36,016 nucleotides of DNA from Hormoscilla sp. GTDB taxonomy: Bacteria > Cyanobacteriota > Cyanobacteriia > Cyanobacteriales > Desertifilaceae. The notes below the pieces were generated by a model. That model was not told where the DNA came from and made no database searches. It saw only the letters and a list, made by a program, of their open reading frames with translations. Of the stretch, positions 1 to 11,279 are shown one piece after another. The position numbers and the translations under genes were made by a program. The DNA is taken from contig JBFRWI010000119.1 in NCBI GenBank assembly GCA_051439505.1, positions 1 to 36,016 of the forward strand, read 5' to 3'. Within the stretch, counting starts at the first letter, position 1. Each line of letters begins with the position of its first letter.

Positions 1-109
1 AGGCTGGCGATCACCCGTAGGTATCATGACTCCCCTAACGTAGGTCAAATCCAGGACCTGCATCTTGCATCTCCCTAAGGGAGATAATTACCGGTATTGC
101 CGGAAATTA

Positions 110-595
110 CCGGATTTTATGCAAGAGAAGAACTGGATGCTCGCATCACGCCCTACCTGTGGCAAAGGGGGCTATCCTATTATTATGCCGAGAGATATGC
201 GCTCAGGTGCCCGGCAGTTTGAAGTTGACTTAAAGGTCAACTCCCAAGATGTGGAAGAAACCGTTTGGCGCTATCTCTGTATCGCCCGATCGCAAGGGTT
301 GACGGCAGCGCAGAATTCTCTGCTAGTGGTACGCGACGACCCCAGGTTGGTGATGCGGCGCGTCTACGATCTCTATGCAGGAGATTGTACCATAGATGAT
401 GTTCTCGCTGCTGGGGAATCGTCAGGCAAAACTGGCAATTTTTACAGTCATCTTTATGTAGGATTGTATTGGGAAGCCGCAGGAGATGAGGAGCGATCGG
501 GCCATTGGATTGTCAAAGCCGTTACCGAATACGCGATCGATGACTACATGTGGCATTTAGCCAAGGTACACCAAACCTTGCGTGGATGGACTTAA
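110..595 (+). pseudogene. Frameshifted TPR-like protein (cyanobacterial ...PYLWQRGLSYYYA...QFEVDL..N.QDVEETVWRYLC family)
   Basis: Frame at 127-201 reads EELDARITPYLWQRGLSYYYAERYA; an extra C at 202 shifts into the ORF-track frame SGARQFEVDLKVNSQDVEETVWRYLC...FYSHLYVGLY..DDYMWHLA. The 5' part is degenerate. Could also be a sequencing error. Confidence 0.7.
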
Positions 596-637
596 CTTCA
601 GTTGTAGATCCCTTACCCAACAGTCTTCACCCCTGAT

Positions 638-710
638 TGTAGGGTGAACAATGCCCACCCTACAGCAAACAATAATCCCAACAATTATTGGTGGACAATG
701 CCCACCCCAC
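638..710. repeat. Two GTAG-type REP-like palindromes (GTAGGGTG..CAATGCCCACCCTAC)
   Basis: tgtagggtgaacaatgcccaccctaca at 638-664 and a degenerate copy at about 689-710, between convergent genes; related copy at 5283-5303. Confidence 0.7.
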
Positions 711-711
711 T

Positions 712-1941
<1,230 letters not shown>

Positions 1942-2429
1942 TCATTGCTACCTGCCCGAGCGTGGAACTGCACCCACTGCCGCTAGACCGGCGAAGCGGG
2001 ATGCTTTTCCTTTCTCCGGGCCAGGTAGATCGCGATCGCGCCTAAAGCGCACAATTTTTCTATTGTACATGGCGGGGCGACATACTAGCAGACCAGCATC
2101 TCGTGGGAGACTGGGGATGGCTTTGGGGGTGGGCACCAGCAGCTCAGGTTCAGTCAGACTGTTGCCGCCATCGTCAATTTTATCTTTTCTTAAAAACCAA
2201 TTCGCCCTATTCTTGGTATAGAGGTCGATCGACTTGCTTGACAGGATCGCCTTGTAGGGGGGATCCTGTTCTGGTAGAATTAACCTAAGCCCCTAGGCTA
2301 AATACTTAGTTCTGCCCTGGCCTGAGTCCTTCCCCGGGACGGACACAGACGATCTCAGTGGTGCGGGGCCGAAGAGCCCAATCCGCTATAACATAAGTAA
2401 GCAAATCATAAGATCGAAAGAGGAAATCC

Positions 2430-3440
2430 ATGACAAAGCCCGATCGCGTGGTATTAATAGGTGTAGCCGGAGACTCCGGATGCGGTAAATCCACGTTCTT
2501 GCGCCGCATCACTGACTTGTTCGGAAAAGAATTAGTGACAGTCATCTGCCTGGATGACTACCATTCTCTGGACCGGAAACAGCGTAAAGAGACTGGGATC
2601 ACCGCTCTTGACCCCCGGGCCAACAACTTTGACCTGATGTACGAGCAAGCAAAAGCGCTCAAAAATGGTCAGACGATCAATAAGCCGATCTACAATCACG
2701 AAACAGGCATGATCGACCCGCCAGAGCAAATCATTCCGACCCCGATCGTGGTGCTAGAGGGGCTGCACCCCTTGTATGACGAACGAGTGCGCGATCTTTT
2801 GGACTTCAGCGTTTACCTGGATATCGGCGACGAGGTAAAAATTGCCTGGAAAATCAAAAGAGATATGGCAGAACGGGGTCATAGTTATGAAGATGTGCTG
2901 TTTGCCATCAATGCCCGTCGGCCAGATTTTATGGCCTACATCGACCCGCAGAAAGCTCACGCCGATGTGGTGATTCAAGTTCTGCCCACGCAGTTGCTCA
3001 AAGAGGATAAGGAACATAAAATCCTGCGGGTACGCATGATCCAGCGCTACGGAGTACAAGGTCGCGATCCAGTATACCTGTTTGATGAAGGGTCAACGAT
3101 CAACTGGATTCCTTGCGGGCGCAAGCTCACCTGCTCCTACCCTGGCATCAAGATGTACTACGGACCCGATAGCTATTACGGTCACGAAGTCTCGATCTTG
3201 GAAGTGGACGGTCAGTTTGAGAATTTAGAGGAGATGATTTACATCGAAGGTCATCTGAGCAACACCTCCACTAAATACTACGGGGAATTGACCCATCTGG
3301 TGCGGGAGCATCAGGAGTATCCGGGTTCTAACAATGGTACGGGACTGTTCCAAGTGCTGACGGGTCTGAAAATGCGGGCCAGCTTTGAATATGATAAGGC
3401 CCACGAAGAACAGGAAGAAAAGGTGCCTGTTAGCGTGTAA
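2430..3440 (+). CDS. prk: Phosphoribulokinase
   Basis: GVAGDSGCGKST Walker A with regulatory Cys, CLDDYHSLDR, WIPCGRKLTCSYPG; SD GAGG upstream; divergent from petH. Confidence 0.97.
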   Translation: MTKPDRVVLIGVAGDSGCGKSTFLRRITDLFGKELVTVICLDDYHSLDRKQRKETGITALDPRANNFDLMYEQAKALKNGQTINKPIYNHETGMIDPPEQIIPTPIVVLEGLHPLYDERVRDLLDFSVYLDIGDEVKIAWKIKRDMAERGHSYEDVLFAINARRPDFMAYIDPQKAHADVVIQVLPTQLLKEDKEHKILRVRMIQRYGVQGRDPVYLFDEGSTINWIPCGRKLTCSYPGIKMYYGPDSYYGHEVSILEVDGQFENLEEMIYIEGHLSNTSTKYYGELTHLVREHQEYPGSNNGTGLFQVLTGLKMRASFEYDKAHEEQEEKVPVSV

Positions 3441-3473
3441 AGCACTATCAGCTTTGAGCTGACAATCTTCACC

Positions 3474-3508
3474 AAGGGCGAGGGGCGGTACGCCTCTCGC
3501 CCTTTTTT
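3474..3508 (+). terminator. Intrinsic terminator of prk
   Basis: aagggcgaggggcg-gta-cgcctctcgccctt stem followed by a T run. Confidence 0.75.
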
Positions 3509-3572
3509 AATTTTTCTCGATCTCCCGAGGGTTAATATCATGTCGGGTACCCATAATAAAAATTGTCGCATC

Positions 3573-3603
3573 TGTAGGTTGGGTTGAGGAACGAAACCCA
3601 ACA
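3573..3603 (+). repeat. GTAG-type REP-like element GTAGGTTGGGTTGAGGAACGAAACCCAAC
   Basis: GTAG tetranucleotide followed by a gttgggtt...aacccaac palindrome. Confidence 0.65.
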
Positions 3604-3798
3604 GGATTTGTTTAGCGTTCTACTAAGCCTGTGAAAGTCCTTCAAGGTGGCTTATTGTGGGTGATTCCCAGACATGATATAAGCAGGAGATTGCGCTTTG
3701 GCTGCGCAGCGGCTGCGGGTTCCGGGGGGGAGTATGATAGTTTTAATCCTACCTTGCCCAGGACAAAATGTATTCGATTAATTCGATTAGTCTCCGGG

Positions 3799-3900
3799 CC
3801 CGCCTTTCGTGTCTCCTGGGAGCGCTACTCGCACTACCCAGGAGACACGAAGGGTTCAAACCCACGGCTAATAGCTCAAGTGGGTTAAAACCCACTAAAA
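3799..3900 (-). repeat. Double-hairpin dispersed repeat (copy 1, reverse orientation) interrupted by a 46-bp palindromic insert
   Basis: Reverse complement of the repeat at 6239-6296 and 11198-11256. The insert ttcgtgtctcctggg-N16-cccaggagacacgaa (3806-3851) sits inside its hairpin arm. Confidence 0.7.
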
Positions 3901-3964
3901 GCATTGTCAGAGTTTTACCTGACAGGTGCAATTCAACCGCAGGATTAATTGACACTTCATTACT

Positions 3965-4131
3965 ATGAAACTATCCTATAAAATACCGGCTGCGTTACTT
4001 GGTGTGGCGGCTACCTTGGCCCTGGTGCAGCCTCAAATCGCTGTGGGGTTATCTCCCGAGGAAGTTGGCAAAATTGCTCAAGAAATTACTGTGCGGATCG
4101 ATGGACTAGGTGATGGCTCTGGCGCGATCGT
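3965..4131 (+). pseudogene. 5' remnant of a secreted trypsin-like serine protease
   Basis: Signal peptide plus EVGKIAQEITVRIDG..GSGAI, the typical start of cyanobacterial trypsin-like domains. Resemblance stops before the catalytic His and the rest of the ORF runs through repeats. Confidence 0.7.
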
Positions 4132-4186
4132 GCCCCATCCCCGATCGCGATCGCAGTCCGGAACCGGGTACATCTGGAGACGCGGC

Positions 4187-4258
4187 GGGCGAAGCATTCG
4201 GGACGTAAATCTTTCGCTTGCGTAGATAAGTTATTCGCTCCTTAGCTTCGCCCCTACA
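4187..4258 (-). repeat. REP-like element GGGCGAAGC...GCTTCGCCCCTAC
   Basis: Terminal inverted arms ending in CTAC; related copy at 32917-32991. Confidence 0.6.
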
Positions 4259-4327
4259 GTTATGTTGGTGCATTTGGATGCCCATTTGGAGGCCAGCACC
4301 TTGGTCCGAACATCGACGCGCGATCGG

Positions 4328-4590
4328 CACCCGATGCCCGATCGCCAATAAAATTTCATCGGTGGAGATCCCATCCGATCGCGCCGGGGCACGGCAATAG
4401 ATATCTTTTCGTTTATATCCTGATTTATGGATGCCGTGCCCCTACCATACGGGTTTCAATGTAGGGGCACGGCATCGGCAAATTCTCGGTAAATATTATT
4501 CTGTTAAATTTGCCGTGCCCCGGCCACATCTGCGAGTCACCCGATGCCCGATCGCCAATTAAATGTCATCCAAGAGATCCCATCCGATCG
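4328..4590. repeat. About 53-bp direct repeats flanking two GGGGCACGGCA...TGCCGTGCCCC palindromes
   Basis: cacccgatgcccgatcgccaat..aat.tcatc...gagatcccatccgatcg at 4328-4381 and 4538-4590; palindromes at about 4385-4445 and 4460-4522. Confidence 0.7.
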
Positions 4591-4644
4591 GGCCTCGCGT
4601 TGGGTGTGGTCTTCCCGGGCGATCGCCCATGCCTATAAATCATG

Positions 4645-5253
4645 TTAACTCAAATACTGGGTACAAGCTTGGAAAAGAAAGCGAAGTAAACCTAAGACAG
4701 TGCCCATTTCCCCGATCGCATGGGAGAGAGTTTGATAAACATTACCATCAACAGTCAGTTGATAAAACTTCCAGGTATCACCGTTGGTAACAATACCCAA
4801 GACATCAATTTCTTTACCGATCTGTTTATTTTCCCACTGACAAGCTTGCATTTCCACTAAACATTTGGCTAAACCTTGCTCGAAATCATCCTTTTTGGCC
4901 TCGACGATACACAAATATGGGGCTTCTAAATAAGCTTTTCTGGCCGCTACAAGGTAATCAACATTGCCATTAGTTACTTCTGTTTCCAGACTAGCACCTT
5001 TCCAGATCTTTAAGGTATTAAATTTTTGAATAGCCTCTTCACAGATAGCGTCTATTATCAGTTTTCTAGACTCTTCATAACTCTGTAAGTCAAAGCATTG
5101 TAGTCGTTCTAGGCGTTGCCGAAAGAAATCACTGATGGGAACAGGTTCTACCTCAATATCCCAGAGCAATAATTCAGTTATATTAAGTTGCTTGCAGGCT
5201 TCTTTATACTTAAAGCTGGAAAAGTTCTTTTTCTTCTTTTTTGTCTGCTTCAC
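4645..5253 (-). CDS. PD-(D/E)XK-like / type I restriction HsdR-N-like hypothetical protein
   Basis: G.VDYLVA...CIVEAKKDDFEQGLA.C...GIVTNGDTWKF motifs. GTG start at 5253 preferred because the upstream in-frame part runs through a REP. Confidence 0.7.
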   Translation of the reverse strand: MKQTKKKKKNFSSFKYKEACKQLNITELLLWDIEVEPVPISDFFRQRLERLQCFDLQSYEESRKLIIDAICEEAIQKFNTLKIWKGASLETEVTNGNVDYLVAARKAYLEAPYLCIVEAKKDDFEQGLAKCLVEMQACQWENKQIGKEIDVLGIVTNGDTWKFYQLTVDGNVYQTLSHAIGEMGTVLGLLRFLFQACTQYLS

Positions 5254-5352
5254 GATCGATCTTGAATTAGTTACAAAGGTTAAGGTGGGCATCGCCCACC
5301 CTACTATACATAATTCCAGCATGTTTCTCAATATTACGATCGATGAAAAAAT

Positions 5353-6114
5353 TCATGGCGGTCCATTAAATTCAGCTTTATTTCTAGCTTTCAATTCTTG
5401 CAACTTTTTCCAAGCAGCCTCTTTACCAGGTGGTGGCGGCATCTTGGCAATTGCAGCTAAGCGATCGCGATTGCGTTCTTCCCAATACTGCCTGATTTCC
5501 TCAGCGTACTTCAATACCATCTCATACTCAGCCTCCACTTCGGAGCGATTATTCTCAATGTATGACAAAGCTACGTTTATTTCCGACTCTGTCAGGTTGA
5601 GAATATTGCGAATAAACTTGGGTGAATATTCTGCTTTCACGTAGTCCATCACGTCGTACAGGGTAATGCGCTTGCCGTTGATCGAGAGTCCTCTTTCCGT
5701 CCGGACGATCGCCGCTGGTTTGGCATCATGCATGTTGATTTTATTGTGAACTTTCAGCCCTTGCAGCCTTTTCCAAGCAGCCTCTTGACCAGGTGGTGGC
5801 GGCATCTTGGCAATTTTTACTAATAAATCTGGATCGCGTTTTTCCCAATCGATCCTAATTTCTTCAGCCTCCTTCCATAGCATCTCATACTCAGCCTCGA
5901 CGGCCTCGCGATTATCCTCAATGTATGACAAAGCCGCGTTCATTTCCGACTCTGTCAGCCTGAGAAGATCGATAATCATCTGGGGTAAATAATCATCTTT
6001 CAAGTAGTCCATCACGTCGTACAGGGTAATGTCCTTACCTGCGATGGTGAGTCCTATTTCCGTGCGGACGATCGCCGCCTGCTTGGCATCATTCATGTCT
6101 GTCATTTCCTGCAA
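5353..6114 (-). CDS. Tandem-duplicated DUF433-family protein (two 121-aa units in one ORF)
   Basis: Two copies of AIVRTE.GL.I.GK.ITLYDVMDY...LTESE.N.ALSYIE.NR..VEAEYE; unit starts at ATG 6096 and ATG 5733. Confidence 0.8.
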   Translation of the reverse strand: MQEMTDMNDAKQAAIVRTEIGLTIAGKDITLYDVMDYLKDDYLPQMIIDLLRLTESEMNAALSYIEDNREAVEAEYEMLWKEAEEIRIDWEKRDPDLLVKIAKMPPPPGQEAAWKRLQGLKVHNKINMHDAKPAAIVRTERGLSINGKRITLYDVMDYVKAEYSPKFIRNILNLTESEINVALSYIENNRSEVEAEYEMVLKYAEEIRQYWEERNRDRLAAIAKMPPPPGKEAAWKKLQELKARNKAEFNGPP

Positions 6115-6238
6115 TTTTTCTCTCCCATCTTATAACAATTTTGGCGATTTGGCAAGGAGGCGATAAAAATCACTCAAGGAAGCGATAAAAATTACTCACC
6201 CATGGTACAGATAATTTCTTTAGCCTTAACCGACAATG

Positions 6239-6296
6239 TTTTCAGTCGGTTTTAACCGACTTTAGCTATTAGCCGGGGGTTTGAACCCCCGGCGGG
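6239..6296 (+). repeat. Double-hairpin dispersed repeat (copy 2)
   Basis: ttttcagtcggttttaaccgactttagctattagccgggggtttgaacccccggcggg, immediately downstream of acs. Confidence 0.8.
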
Positions 6297-6320
6297 CTAT
6301 CGGGAAAGCGAGTGAGTTAT

Positions 6321-8291
6321 TTAAGCACCGCCGCGCAATTTATCGAGGACGCTGCGGTCTTCTAAAGTAGAAGTATCCCCAGCAATTTCTTGACCGCCAG
6401 CCAGCGATCGCAGCAACCGGCGCATAATTTTCCCAGAACGAGTTTTGGGCAAAGCGTCAGTAAAGCGAATTTCTCCCGGACGGGCGATCGCGCCTATTTC
6501 TTCGACCACATGCTGCTTCAATTCATCATTGAGTTGGTCGCTAGCATTTTGACGGCCTTCCAAGGTGACAAAAGCCACAACATCTTCCCCTTTAACAGGG
6601 TCGGGTTTACTTACTACAGCAGCTTCTGCTACTGCTGGGTGAGACACCAAAGCGGACTCAATTTCCATCGTGCCCAAACGGTGTCCTGCCACATTAATGA
6701 CATCATCAACGCGACCCATCACCCAGAAATAACCATCTTCATCCCGACGGGCACCATCCCCAGCAAAATATAAATACTGCCCATCTTTGGGCGCAATATG
6801 TTCCCAATAGGTGCGACGGAAGCGATCGGGGTCGCCATAAACAGTGCGCATCATGCTGGGCCAGGGATGGCGAATCACCAAATAACCCCCTTGATTATCT
6901 GCTACGGAGTTGCCTTCCAGATCCACTACATCTGCAATAATGCCCGGGAAAGGTAGAGTCGCAGAACCTGGTTTGGTCGGCGTTGCCCCCGGTAGGGGAG
7001 TTAGCATAAACCCGCCAGTTTCTGTTTGCCACCAAGTATCCACGATCGGGCAGCGTTCGTCACCAATAATGCGGTGATACCAGATCCAAGCTTCCGGGTT
7101 AATGGGTTCGCCCACAGTGCCTAACAAGCGGAGAGAAGAGAGATTTCGGGAATTGGGATGATGTTCTCCCATCTTAATAAATGCCCGAATTGCCGTGGGG
7201 GCAGTATAGAAAATATTCACGCCGTATTTTTCCACTACATCCCACAAGCAACCGGGGTTAGAAGCGCGGGGGGCACCTTCATACATTAAAGAGGTAGCGC
7301 CATTGGAAAGGGGACCGTAGACAATATAACTATGTCCTGTAATCCAACCCACATCCGCAGTACACCAATAGACATCCGTATCCTGAATGTCAAAAGTCCA
7401 TTTCAGGGTCATGTGGGTGTAGAGGTTGTAGCCCCCAGTGGTGTGAACGACACCTTTGGGCTTGCCCGTAGTCCCGGATGTATAGAGAATGAACAGCATA
7501 TCTTCGCTGTCCATCGGTTCGGCGGGACAGTCAGCAGAAGCAGTAGCTTGCAAGTCATGCCACCAGTGGTCGCGCCCCGGTTCCATCTTAATATCTTGGG
7601 CGGTGCGCTTGACTACCAAAACGTTTTCCACCGAGGGGGCGCCGTCATTGGCCAAAGCTTTGTCTACTTGCACTTTTAAGGGGACGATCGCATCTTTGCG
7701 CCAACCCCCATCCGCAGTCACCACCAATTTTGCTTCCGCATCTACCAGCCGGTCCTTAAGGGCTTCGGCGCTAAAACCGCCAAAAACTACCGTGTGGGGT
7801 GCGCCAATGCGGGCACAGGCCAGCATGGCGATCGCCGCTTCGGGAATCATGGGCATGTATATCCCCACCCGATCGCCCTTTTGCACGCCCAACTGCTTGA
7901 AGACATTAGCCATTTGGCAGACTTCCCGATGGAGTTGGGCATAGGTAAGGGTGCGGGAGTCTCCCGGTTCCCCTTCCCAAATGAGGGCCGCCTTATTCCG
8001 GCGCCAGGTCGTCAGATGCCTGTCAAGGCAATTGTAAGAAATATTAATCTTACCGCCCAGGAACCACTTCACAAAGGGCGGTTGCCAATCTAGGATCTGA
8101 TGCCATTTCTCGAACCAATGCAACTCTTTTTCGGCCAAGTCGGCCCAAAACCCTTGGGGGTCAGCTTTCGCTTGCTCGTATAATTGCTTGTACTGTTCCA
8201 AGCTTTTGATGTGAGCATTTTCCGAGAACCCGGCGGGGGGCTGGAATAGGCGTTTTTCCTTCAGGATCGATTCTATTGTCGGTTGTGACAT
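6321..8291 (-). CDS. acsA: Acetyl-CoA synthetase
   Basis: [21 protein letters not shown] and [11 protein letters not shown] motifs; start at [10 protein letters not shown]. Confidence 0.96.
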   Translation of the reverse strand: MSQPTIESILKEKRLFQPPAGFSENAHIKSLEQYKQLYEQAKADPQGFWADLAEKELHWFEKWHQILDWQPPFVKWFLGGKINISYNCLDRHLTTWRRNKAALIWEGEPGDSRTLTYAQLHREVCQMANVFKQLGVQKGDRVGIYMPMIPEAAIAMLACARIGAPHTVVFGGFSAEALKDRLVDAEAKLVVTADGGWRKDAIVPLKVQVDKALANDGAPSVENVLVVKRTAQDIKMEPGRDHWWHDLQATASADCPAEPMDSEDMLFILYTSGTTGKPKGVVHTTGGYNLYTHMTLKWTFDIQDTDVYWCTADVGWITGHSYIVYGPLSNGATSLMYEGAPRASNPGCLWDVVEKYGVNIFYTAPTAIRAFIKMGEHHPNSRNLSSLRLLGTVGEPINPEAWIWYHRIIGDERCPIVDTWWQTETGGFMLTPLPGATPTKPGSATLPFPGIIADVVDLEGNSVADNQGGYLVIRHPWPSMMRTVYGDPDRFRRTYWEHIAPKDGQYLYFAGDGARRDEDGYFWVMGRVDDVINVAGHRLGTMEIESALVSHPAVAEAAVVSKPDPVKGEDVVAFVTLEGRQNASDQLNDELKQHVVEEIGAIARPGEIRFTDALPKTRSGKIMRRLLRSLAGGQEIAGDTSTLEDRSVLDKLRGGA

Positions 8292-8526
8292 GCTCTGTAT
8301 CTCGATAAGGGCAATTAAACTATTTTGAACCCAGAGCAGCCCAAAAGCATCAATAACCCGGTTTTTTGGCAAAACCGGGTCTCTGGGCTACTACCTAAAG
8401 GGGGATGCTGCTGCACTCGGACCGGGCGATCGCCCCCCACCTCAAGGGAAGCACCGGTGCATAAGCAACGGTTGGTTACCAATGAAAAGGGTGAGGGCAG
8501 ATGTCCCAGTCTGGGGGGAAAACTGA

Positions 8527-9393
8527 TTAAGTCCTGCGACTTTTCGCAGCAAGCACATTCGCTTTATCTTCTTTATTTGCCTTAAAATGATCGGGAATTT
8601 CCAAGGTTGGCATGTCTTGCAGGGACTCAAATCTAAAAATATCTCTCTCTGGAATTAGAACCCCCTTAAACTGGACGAAGTACCGCTCAATCTGTTCTTC
8701 TTTGTCCTTTTTGGGATTAAATCTAAAAGGTGGAACAGGCGCATCCCGCCATTGCACTGGCAAATGTTGCGCCTTAGCAAAAGCCACCCGCTCGAAGGAA
8801 TTCATTTTCTTGTATTTCTGCAACTCATCCTCTGAAAAATTCCGAAACACTGATATGCAGGGCTGGCGACAAACTGGAATAAACTGCCAGATCCCCTGCA
8901 ACACAAATTCCCGATCGTTCAAAACCATCCCATTGTACGTCACTTCCGAGCCGGGTCCTGGCTCGATCGCAACGGGTCTAAAGTACAAATCGTAATTCGG
9001 ATCCCTTGGGTAATGCTGACAAAAAGGATTTACAATGAGCATCACCTCGGTGTCCGTTTCGACAAAAGGATCTAATTCTGACCAATGTTCATTATGGTCA
9101 CTTTCACATCCCAGCCAATAAGCCTGGTCATCTCCTATATATATGTAACGATGCCCGTCTTCAGAAATAATCGTTCCGCACAACAACCCGATCGCCTGAA
9201 ATATTCCACTCATTTTGGAACTTACCAAATTCATCTGCTGTTCATACATTCTATCATGGGCGATCGCCTTTTGAGCAGAGAATAGAGAAGGAGTACAGTT
9301 GCTCGTGTCATTAGTCGTCGGGTCCGCTGGTCCACGGCGAGGCAGTCCGGCAACAGTGAGTCCGGAGACAGCGTCGATTTTCTTTTTTACCAC
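8527..9393 (-). CDS. Hypothetical protein (cyanobacterial FQAIG...G.WQFIPVCR.PCISVFRN family)
   Basis: Long ORF with recognisable blocks; true start uncertain (possibly a later Met). Confidence 0.65.
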   Translation of the reverse strand: MVKKKIDAVSGLTVAGLPRRGPADPTTNDTSNCTPSLFSAQKAIAHDRMYEQQMNLVSSKMSGIFQAIGLLCGTIISEDGHRYIYIGDDQAYWLGCESDHNEHWSELDPFVETDTEVMLIVNPFCQHYPRDPNYDLYFRPVAIEPGPGSEVTYNGMVLNDREFVLQGIWQFIPVCRQPCISVFRNFSEDELQKYKKMNSFERVAFAKAQHLPVQWRDAPVPPFRFNPKKDKEEQIERYFVQFKGVLIPERDIFRFESLQDMPTLEIPDHFKANKEDKANVLAAKSRRT

Positions 9394-9564
9394 AGATCTT
9401 TGAATTTGTCAAGTCTTATTAATGGACTAGAGCGTCGGTCAATAAATATAGACAATTATAGACAAAAATTAGATGTAAAACAAATATATTCTCGGATCTC
9501 CCTTGGGATTCAGGTGGCTACAGGTTCGGGCACAGTGGCTTTTCTGTTGAACTGCTATAGTTAA

Positions 9565-10806
9565 CTAAAACTGCTGTTTTCTGACTCCTTTAACCTCTTG
9601 AATGACAATTTCAATCGGCACTAAACGACCCTTCCTCGTGTAACTCTGGTTTTCCTTGGCAGTGCTATTCGTCGAACGTTCGCTAAATCGCTCGATATTA
9701 GCAACAAACCAATCTCGCGTTTTTGGCATGGGTAGCATATAAAGCGTCCGAGGAATAATAAAGTAGTAGAGCAGCCAATCGATTTCGGCGGACATAAAAA
9801 TACTCTGTTTTTCCAGATTTTTATTACTGTAAGTCTGGAAGTAAAAGTTACCGCTTTTATGCCAGCGATCGCCCACAATGCCCAGTTTGAAATACCCGTT
9901 TGTTGTCGTTAGCAACAAGTCAATTCCCATCTTTTGATAATTGAAGTTATTTTCTACATTTTCTACTTTCAAAGTCTGAGGCAAGCTTTTCAACCATTCG
10001 GTGATGTCGTTTTTAGCTTGTTTGGCAACTCCACCATTTTTATCCGTTTGAGGAGAAGGAAGGGGTTTGCTAACATATTTTATTCGGTCTTTCTTTTTGA
10101 GAATAGGCTTTGATACCGATGAATATTTTTCAGTCATTAAAGGTAAAGTGTAGTTCTCAACTAAACTCGATATTCTTTGCACCTGCTCTGATGTCAAGCA
10201 ATCTGGATAATTAACTAGCATTTCTAAAAAAGATTTCGCTCCATGTAAAACAGGAACGGAACATTCTGTGGTTTCCACCCATTTAGCAACGGTAAACACG
10301 ACTGGGGCAATAACGCGATCGCTGGGAAAATTCTCAATCTCATCAGTCATCCAGCGCAGAAGCATTTTTAGATGGTAAGCATTTTGAGAAGTCGGACTAT
10401 TAAAAATTTTTTCCCAACCAGATCCCGCTCGCATTTTCCATTTATCATTGTAAGCACTAAAGGATCCTTTCCAGGTTTTAACTTCGACGATAAAGATACC
10501 GCCAGGACCAATAATTAGATGGTCTATTTCTGTCAAACTGCCCGGGCGATCGCCAGGTATTAAAGCATTTTGAAACAAGATCCAGCGATCGGATAAAGTT
10601 GTCATTAACAGCGAAACCCATCCCTCCCCTAGATTGCCTTTAATCTGATTGCCCATTTGATTAACATCGAATAAAAAACCTCCGACTTTCCCCAATAAAC
10701 CACCACCTATTTTTTCTTGTATCGCTTCTCTTTGAGTAGATTTTTTTTCTTGGATTCGCTTTTGAAAAGCTTCTCTAAGACTGGGGGATTGTTTGAGAAT
10801 TTTCAT
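9565..10806 (-). CDS. NERD-domain protein with a C-terminal PD-(D/E)XK-like domain
   Basis: GNLGE, EIDHLIIGPGGIFIVEVKTWKG and SPTSQ NERD motifs; second domain YQKMGIDLL...GDRW.KSGNFYF.T; strong SD AGGAGG. Confidence 0.8.
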   Translation of the reverse strand: MKILKQSPSLREAFQKRIQEKKSTQREAIQEKIGGGLLGKVGGFLFDVNQMGNQIKGNLGEGWVSLLMTTLSDRWILFQNALIPGDRPGSLTEIDHLIIGPGGIFIVEVKTWKGSFSAYNDKWKMRAGSGWEKIFNSPTSQNAYHLKMLLRWMTDEIENFPSDRVIAPVVFTVAKWVETTECSVPVLHGAKSFLEMLVNYPDCLTSEQVQRISSLVENYTLPLMTEKYSSVSKPILKKKDRIKYVSKPLPSPQTDKNGGVAKQAKNDITEWLKSLPQTLKVENVENNFNYQKMGIDLLLTTTNGYFKLGIVGDRWHKSGNFYFQTYSNKNLEKQSIFMSAEIDWLLYYFIIPRTLYMLPMPKTRDWFVANIERFSERSTNSTAKENQSYTRKGRLVPIEIVIQEVKGVRKQQF

Positions 10807-11197
10807 TGTTAATTACCTCCTATTTGTTTATAAAAGTTGACAAGTGCGCGAGATAGCGAAAGATCGCTACTTATGTTTATTCTTTTTAAATTAAATCGGC
10901 GCTCGCGCGATCGCCCCACATGCCAACACTCTAACTCGGCCCTATAGTTATGATGCCCGTTTTCTCAAAGAACCTTGTAGCGGATCATACAAAAACGACT
11001 TTTTGCTGTTGGTTGGTTTATTAGATCGAGTTATTAGAGCAATACAATCGGTAAACGGGCCGTCAACGTTGGCAACGAGTTCGGAATATCTCAGATCTTA
11101 CACCATTCTCAACTAGAGGCAGAGCCTCTAGAACTCGTTCCCAGGGGTCGCCTGTAGGAACGAGGGGGGTAAAATATGCACCCCCTTTTCCATAAGG

Positions 11198-11256
11198 TTT
11201 TCAGTCGGTTTTCAACCGACTTTAGCTATTAGCCGTGGGTTTGAACCCACGGCGGG
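11198..11256 (+). repeat. Double-hairpin dispersed repeat (copy 3)
   Basis: ttttcagtcggttttcaaccgactttagctattagccgtgggtttgaacccacggcggg, downstream of speY. Confidence 0.8.
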
Positions 11257-11279
11257 CCATGAGGCCAACAACTAGCCTA

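Noticed and set aside
3631..3968. Three short overlapping ORFs
   Set aside because: They span dispersed palindromic repeats and show no protein features
8292..8372. N-terminal extension of acs given in the ORF track
   Set aside because: Runs through an AACCCGGTTTT/AAAACCGGGT palindromic repeat; the recognisable protein starts at MSQPTIES
9446..9466. TATAGACAA direct repeat as iteron or operator
   Set aside because: Only two copies in AT-rich DNA, insufficient support
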